The translations under genes were made by a program, and so were the position numbers. Below, one piece after another: positions 57,994-64,000 of a stretch of DNA of 64,000 nucleotides (its first letter is position 1; each line of letters begins with the position of its first letter). The notes below the pieces were generated by a model, which was not told the origin of the DNA, made no database searches, and saw only the letters and a program-made list of their open reading frames with translations. The stretch spans positions 8,928,001-8,992,000 of the forward strand of contig OX597842.1 in the NCBI GenBank assembly GCA_951406725.2, in the 5' to 3' direction. The DNA comes from Octopus vulgaris. Taxonomy: Eukaryota.

Positions 57994-58102
57994 ACATTCC
58001 ACCTGTATGAGGGCGAGAAAATAATGTGGCCTGATGGGAAGGCCCCTCCCCTTGATGAACCCCCATGTGGATACAGAGGGGAGCGCTGTATCCCTCCCAA
58101 AA
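57994..58102 (+). CDS. Gyc32E: Receptor guanylate cyclase exon 8 (juxtamembrane Cys pair)
   Basis: tag/gtgagt, phase 0-1; IMWPDGKAPPLDEPPCGYRGERC motif typical of receptor GCs. Confidence 0.93.
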
Positions 58103-58640
58103 GTGAGTACCTTCAAAATATTTCATAAAACGTACTTTTGCATTTGTTAGTCCTCCTGCCAGGGTACATGTGTATAGGCGCTCGGCAGAAAGTAGAGTCT
58201 GATGACCACCACTCCAGAAAATATGGTGTATGGCAGATGTATGGAGCTGGATAAGGACAATTCATCAGCATCTTTATTAGCAGTGACAGTAACACCATCA
58301 TCACCATCATGATCAGGATCATCATCATCCTCATCATCACCAACATCATTTATCATTGTCATCATCATCATCACCATCATCATCATTGTCATCATTATCA
58401 TCATCATCATCATCGTCATCATCATCATCATCATCACCATCATCATTGTCATCATTGTCATCATTGTCATCATCATCATCATCTTCATTGTCATTATCAA
58501 CATCATCGTCATTGTCATCATCGTCATTATCATCATCATCATCATTGTCATCATCATCATCATTATCATCATCATCATCATTGTCATCATCATCATCATT
58601 ACCATCATTATCATCATCTTCATCGTCACCCTCATTGTCG

Positions 58641-58697
<57 letters not shown>

Positions 58698-58875
58698 CCA
58701 CTATCACCATCATCATCACCATCATAATCATCATCGGCATGATCATCATCAACATCGGAATCCTCATCATCATCATCATCATCATTACCATTACCACCAC
58801 CATCATTATTACCATCATCATCATCTTCATAACTTAATGTCCACTTTTCTATGCTTGCATGGGTCAGATGGAATT

Positions 58876-59255
58876 GCCCGGCATTGCTCGGGTTTGTTTT
58901 GACTCTTTAGAATTGGAATTTTTGAAAAGTAAAAATTTTGCATTATGTAGCTTGTTATTCTCTTTAATTGGACAATATTTCTGGTTGAAATACACTGTAA
59001 AATGACGACACAGCAGTCAAAAAATCGTAAAAATAGGGATTTTCATAGAAAAAAGCACCTTTTTGATGTAAATAATTTTTGGTGTTAACATGGTCCGATT
59101 TGAATATTTTCTTCTACGGAAGGAAGAGCAAGCCTTCTTCTATCATACTCTCAATTTTGGTCAACTTGTGCCGCAGGGTCTCAGAAGAGATAGTGTTTGT
59201 TGAAGACTACCAAACCTGCCATACACAGACAACTTCAGCGTTATATGTATAGAGA
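58876..59255 (-). mobile_element. Non-autonomous Helitron (3' CTAG missing)
   Basis: Reverse complement of 31726-32166. Confidence 0.75.
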
Positions 59256-59367
59256 TTTGCATGTGTCCAGACCATAGCTTCCTTCCTCTATGTAAGGCCT
59301 TTATGGCCAATATAATGAAATAAAGATGTATTTCTATATGGTCTCATGATCTGTTTGTTTTTCATAG

Positions 59368-59446
59368 ATTACATCAGAGAGATTATAGGTGGCGTTGTTG
59401 GTGGTATTGCTGTGGTTATTATCGTCTTCCTAGTTGTAATCTACAG
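59368..59446 (+). CDS. Gyc32E: Receptor guanylate cyclase exon 9 (transmembrane helix)
   Basis: tag/gtgagt, phase 1-2; IIGGVVGGIAVVIIVFLVVIY. Confidence 0.92.
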
Positions 59447-59706
59447 GTGAGTTATCCATTCGTTATAACTTGATGCAGTGGCTTTCATCCACCTCTTGAT
59501 TTGTGCTTGTGTCTATCTTTCATGAGCATCTATTTATACCTGTGATTGTGCGTGCTGTGTACACACACACACACATACATACACATACATACACATTCTC
59601 TTTCTCTCTTTTCTCTTTTACTTGTTTCAGTCATTTGACATCTCCGTAATATATATATATATATAATATATATATATATCTATGTATATATATATATGTG
59701 TGTATA

Positions 59707-59751
<45 letters not shown>

Positions 59752-59762
59752 GTATATATATA

Positions 59763-59807
<45 letters not shown>

Positions 59808-59826
59808 ATATATATGTATATATATA

Positions 59827-59913
<87 letters not shown>

Positions 59914-59916
59914 GTA

Positions 59917-59980
<64 letters not shown>

Positions 59981-60272
59981 GAAAGATGAATAATCTTGTT
60001 GCAGATTAATCAAAAGTTTAACCGATACCTTGGTAGCAAAAATCACAGCAGAAGACAGCACGGTTGGATGTACAACCATATGGTGTTGCAACCGTGCGTT
60101 GGTGCGGATAATTGAATTTTAATATTATTAGTGAATAAACAGAACAGAGGCGGAGCAAAACAAATCGAACGAGGCACCTAAGAGCCCATGGCCAAACTCT
60201 TAGGAGCCTCGTTCAATTTGTTTTGTTCCGCCTCTGTTCTGTTTTTGTTTATTCCAACGGATTTCTTATTTC

Positions 60273-60352
60273 TTCCTGAAGAGAAAGACACAATATGGTC
60301 TCATTATTCATTCGGAATTTGGTAAATTGTGCCTTTCGAAACACGTGTAGAA
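60273..60352 (+). ncRNA. Hammerhead ribozyme, intact core
   Basis: ttc CTGAAGA gaaagacacaat...attgtgcctttc GAAA cacgtg TA gaa; AATAAA at 60356. Confidence 0.8.
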
Positions 60353-60406
60353 TGCAATAAAACGATTTCTGTTCAATCTTCGTTCAACTCCATTTCTTCA
60401 ATTCAC

Positions 60407-60437
<31 letters not shown>

Positions 60438-60460
60438 GTATATATAAATATGTATATATA

Positions 60461-60502
<42 letters not shown>

Positions 60503-60507
<5 letters not shown>

Positions 60508-60927
60508 TAGAAAATGGAGAAACATACTTAAATCAATCAAACATCAGCCATCAGATAATACCCAATCAATACTTTATTACACATTTTTATATTTTATATT
60601 TCTATATTTATATGTAAAATTTTTTTCACACTTATATTAAATTAAATTCTCTGAAGAGGCCGTGGGATATCCTTGTTAATGTCTCATTTATACCTGCCTT
60701 ATATGGCTTATAGGTTAAATGAGGCATACTTGTCCTCACGGCCGAAACAGCTGTCAGATATGATGTAATTGTATTTTATATTTCTATTTCCTTGTCTAAT
60801 TATATTTACAATATATTTTGTATAATGTCTTTGCTGTTATGTAATGGTGTAATAAAGTATTGATTGGGTATTATCTGATGGTTGATGATTGATTGATTTA
60901 AGTATGTTTCTCCATTTTCTAATTTTG
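60503..60927. mobile_element. Foldback element enclosing an intact hammerhead
   Basis: About 78-bp inverted arms (60503-60582 / 60848-60927). Confidence 0.75.
60648..60758 (+). ncRNA. Hammerhead ribozyme, intact core, long helix II
   Basis: tct CTGAAGA ggccgtgggata...tgtcctcacggcc GAAA cagctg TC aga. Confidence 0.85.
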
Positions 60928-61097
60928 TAGTATTAATTTACGGTAATAATTTTACCCTTGCCCACATAATACAGTAGATGAACTAATTGCATGGCAATTT
61001 TTAACATTTATGTATTAGTCTTGTTGGGTACCTCTCTAGCAGTATATTGGATATATGTTATCCCATGGTGGGTTGAATTTTCAACCCCTATCTCATT

Positions 61098-61181
<84 letters not shown>

Positions 61182-61383
61182 CATACACATATACATATAT
61201 ACATATAAATATATGGTGAATTTTTTCTTGAGAACACATTCTTGATGGAAAATGGCAATTTTGACATCTATATTTAGCATACAGGCTGCCCACTTTTAGT
61301 GGTCAGTCCTCTAAATTTTGTATATATATATATACACACACACACGCACACATATACATATATACACACAGATATATACACAG

Positions 61384-61415
<32 letters not shown>

Positions 61416-61435
61416 ATTAACAGATGTTTATAATT

Positions 61436-61504
<69 letters not shown>

Positions 61505-61676
61505 TGCATGTATAACTTTGTATGTGTGGGTGTGTACATATACAAGTGTATATGAATAATAAATATCTTGGCCACCAATGCTACCATACCCACCACTTCC
61601 TACTTTTGAATCCAAATCCCTCCTTTATGGTCCCTTTTCCTTACCTTCTTTCTCTCCCTCTTTCTCTCGTTGACAG

Positions 61677-61785
61677 GAACTGGAAGTATGAGCAGGACCT
61701 GGCCAGCCTCTTGTGGAAGATCGACTACAAGGAGATCACGTTTCGCGAGCCCCTAGGGAGTACTCCCACACAGAACTACACAAGG
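61677..61785 (+). CDS. Gyc32E: Receptor guanylate cyclase exon 10 (cytoplasmic juxtamembrane); kinase-homology and cyclase domains lie beyond the window
   Basis: acag/gtaggt, phase 2-0; RNWKYEQDLASLLWKIDYKEI, resembling invertebrate Gyc32E/Gyc76C-type receptors. Confidence 0.9.
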
Positions 61786-62192
61786 GTAGGTGGTAGAATT
61801 GTGCAACTGACCCTTAAAGTCCACTTGGAGATGGGAGTGCGGATTGGACAGACACCATCATCCTCATCATCATCATCATCACCATCATCATCATCACCAC
61901 CACCACCATCACCATCATCATTATCATCATCATCATCATCATCACCACCACCACCACCACCACCACCATCATCATCATCACCATCACCATCATCATTATC
62001 ATCATCATTATCATCATCATCCCCACCACCACCACCATCATCATCATCATCACCACCACCATCATCATCATCATCATCACCACCATCACCATCAACATCA
62101 TCATCATCATCACCATCATCAACAACATCATCATCATCACCACCACCATCATCATCATCATCATCATCATCACCACCATCATCATCATCATC

Positions 62193-62251
<59 letters not shown>

Positions 62252-62369
62252 CATCATCATCACCATAATCATCATCATCATCACCATCACCATCATCATC
62301 ACCACACATCACCATCAACATCATCATCACCACCACCATCATCATCATCATCATCATCATCATCACCAC

Positions 62370-62447
<78 letters not shown>

Positions 62448-62577
62448 CATCATCACCATAATCATCATCACCACCACCATCACCACAACCAACAACCCCA
62501 TGATTTTGCCATTTTATAACTTTATCTTTACTCTCTCAGCTGATCAAGTATTTTTCTACCTGTTGAAGCCTAGCCAC

Positions 62578-62623
<46 letters not shown>

Positions 62624-62626
<3 letters not shown>

Positions 62627-62837
62627 GGTGATTCAAAAGTTGCCATACGTAGGAACAATTTATTTTTTTTATAAGAAACAGGTTATACATTTTTTTTTAA
62701 CAGTCTCTACATGGTTACCATTGTTTTGAATAAACATTGCAATACATTTACCCTTTACCCCCCTCATTGTGAACTTGTAATAGCACATCTGGTGATACCT
62801 GCTGTTGTTGATACATGGGGACTTTTGAACCACCCTG
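62624..62837. mobile_element. Tc1/mariner-type MITE
   Basis: TA|cagggtgattcaaaagt ... acttttgaaccaccctg|TA. Confidence 0.8.
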
Positions 62838-62845
62838 TATATATA

Positions 62846-63270
62846 CTCTTTACTCTCTCTTTTACTCTTTTACTTGTTTCAGTCATTTGACTGCAGCCAT
62901 GCTGGAGCACCGCCTTTAGTCGAGCAAATCGACCCCGAGACTTATTCTTTGTGAGCCCAGTACTTATTCTATCGGACCCTTTTTGCCGAACCGCTAAGTG
63001 ACAGGGACGTAAACACACCAGCATCGGTTGTCAAGCGATGCTAGGGGGACAAACACAGACACACAAACACACACACACATGCATATACATATATATATAT
63101 ATATATATACATATATACGACAGGCTTCTTACAGTTTCTGTCTTCCAAATCCACTCACAAGGCATTGGTCGGCCCGAGGCTATAGCAGAAGACTCTTGCC
63201 CAAGATGCCATGCAGTGGGACTGAACCCGGAGCCATGTGGTTGGTAATCAAGCTACTTACCACACAGCCA
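62846..63270 (-). mobile_element. SINE
   Basis: Full-length member of the abundant family. Confidence 0.8.
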
Positions 63271-63310
63271 TATCTGTAAATGTAATATGTGACAATCATT
63301 CGGTAGTCAT

Positions 63311-63370
63311 GATAAAACTCTGAGTTTCGGATGTTGGGGTGAAAATTCATGCCGCTATCTCTTCAGTTAT
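63311..63370 (-). ncRNA. Hammerhead motif, paralogous to 44350-44410
   Basis: Minus strand ataa CTGAAGA gatagcggcatg...aacatcc GAAA ctcagag TT ttatc, with shared flanking sequence. Confidence 0.55.
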
Positions 63371-64000
63371 TCGGCGATCGGACTTTTATCAGTTGGTGAT
63401 GACTCAACAAGTCCGGTCACATGGTGATGACTCAACCAAGTAATCAGTCACTTGGTGACAACTGAGCAAGGTGGCTCGTGACGACTCAGTTAGGAAATGG
63501 ACTGCTAGAATCATGATCACAAGGAATGCAGCTGATAATGGTCAGTGAGAGAAATGAAATTTACTGCTAGCACCTGTGAGACAATGTTCCACACCCTACA
63601 ATTCTCTCTAGCTCTAATTCTGTTCTCTTACATCATCATTCCATCTCTCTCTGTATTTACTACTAAACAATGAAGAGGACACAAACACAAACTTTACTTC
63701 GCATGCTTTTGGATTTATCATAACCTGCCCATCGAAGCAAGGTATTGTAACGTAACAGTAAATAAATATTTCCTTAAAACTTCATGCATTGCTCATCTTT
63801 CACATCCTACAACATGCAATTATAACAACAAACTTTTATCGTTACAACTGCTGACTTTGACATTTCATATTATTGTGTACCTAATCATAATTACCGTTAC
63901 ATATAAATATATATGTATATGTGGAGATGCAATGGCCCAGTGGTTAGGGCAAAGGACTTGCAGTTATGGGATCATGGTTTTGATTCCAAGACCAGGCGTT

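Noticed and set aside
58147-62501. Poly-His/Ser/Met/Asp ORFs
   Set aside because: (CAT)n/(CAC)n intronic tracts; only the embedded true exons are coding
63396-63490. Repeated TGACTCA (AP-1-like) motifs
   Set aside because: Part of a short ~28-bp tandem repeat next to a mobile element; no independent evidence of function

Overview
Eukaryotic, AT-rich, very microsatellite- and SINE-dense DNA; the repeat families suggest a cephalopod (Octopus-like) genome, which is an inference. Two spliced + strand genes can be rebuilt from GT-AG exons with consistent phase: the last five coding exons of exportin-6 (XPO6, 2202-9208), and the first ten coding exons of a receptor guanylate cyclase (Gyc32E-like, 45651 to beyond 61785). 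The cyclase's first coding exon is about 3.1 kb and places roughly 830 aa carrying 32-aa and 18-aa tandem repeats in front of the ligand-binding domain. Most other ORFs in the track are microsatellite or repeat artefacts. Mobile DNA includes SINEs, CR1/RTE/RLE LINE fragments, a Penelope relic, mariner/Tc1 relics, piggyBac- and Tc1-type MITEs and three Helitrons. The most striking hidden signal is about 17 minimal type I hammerhead ribozyme motifs or relics with palindromic helix III, often inside long inverted repeats. Two with intact cores lie in tandem, in sense orientation, in the cyclase intron right after the transmembrane exon. All structures were read by eye; no folding or database search was run.
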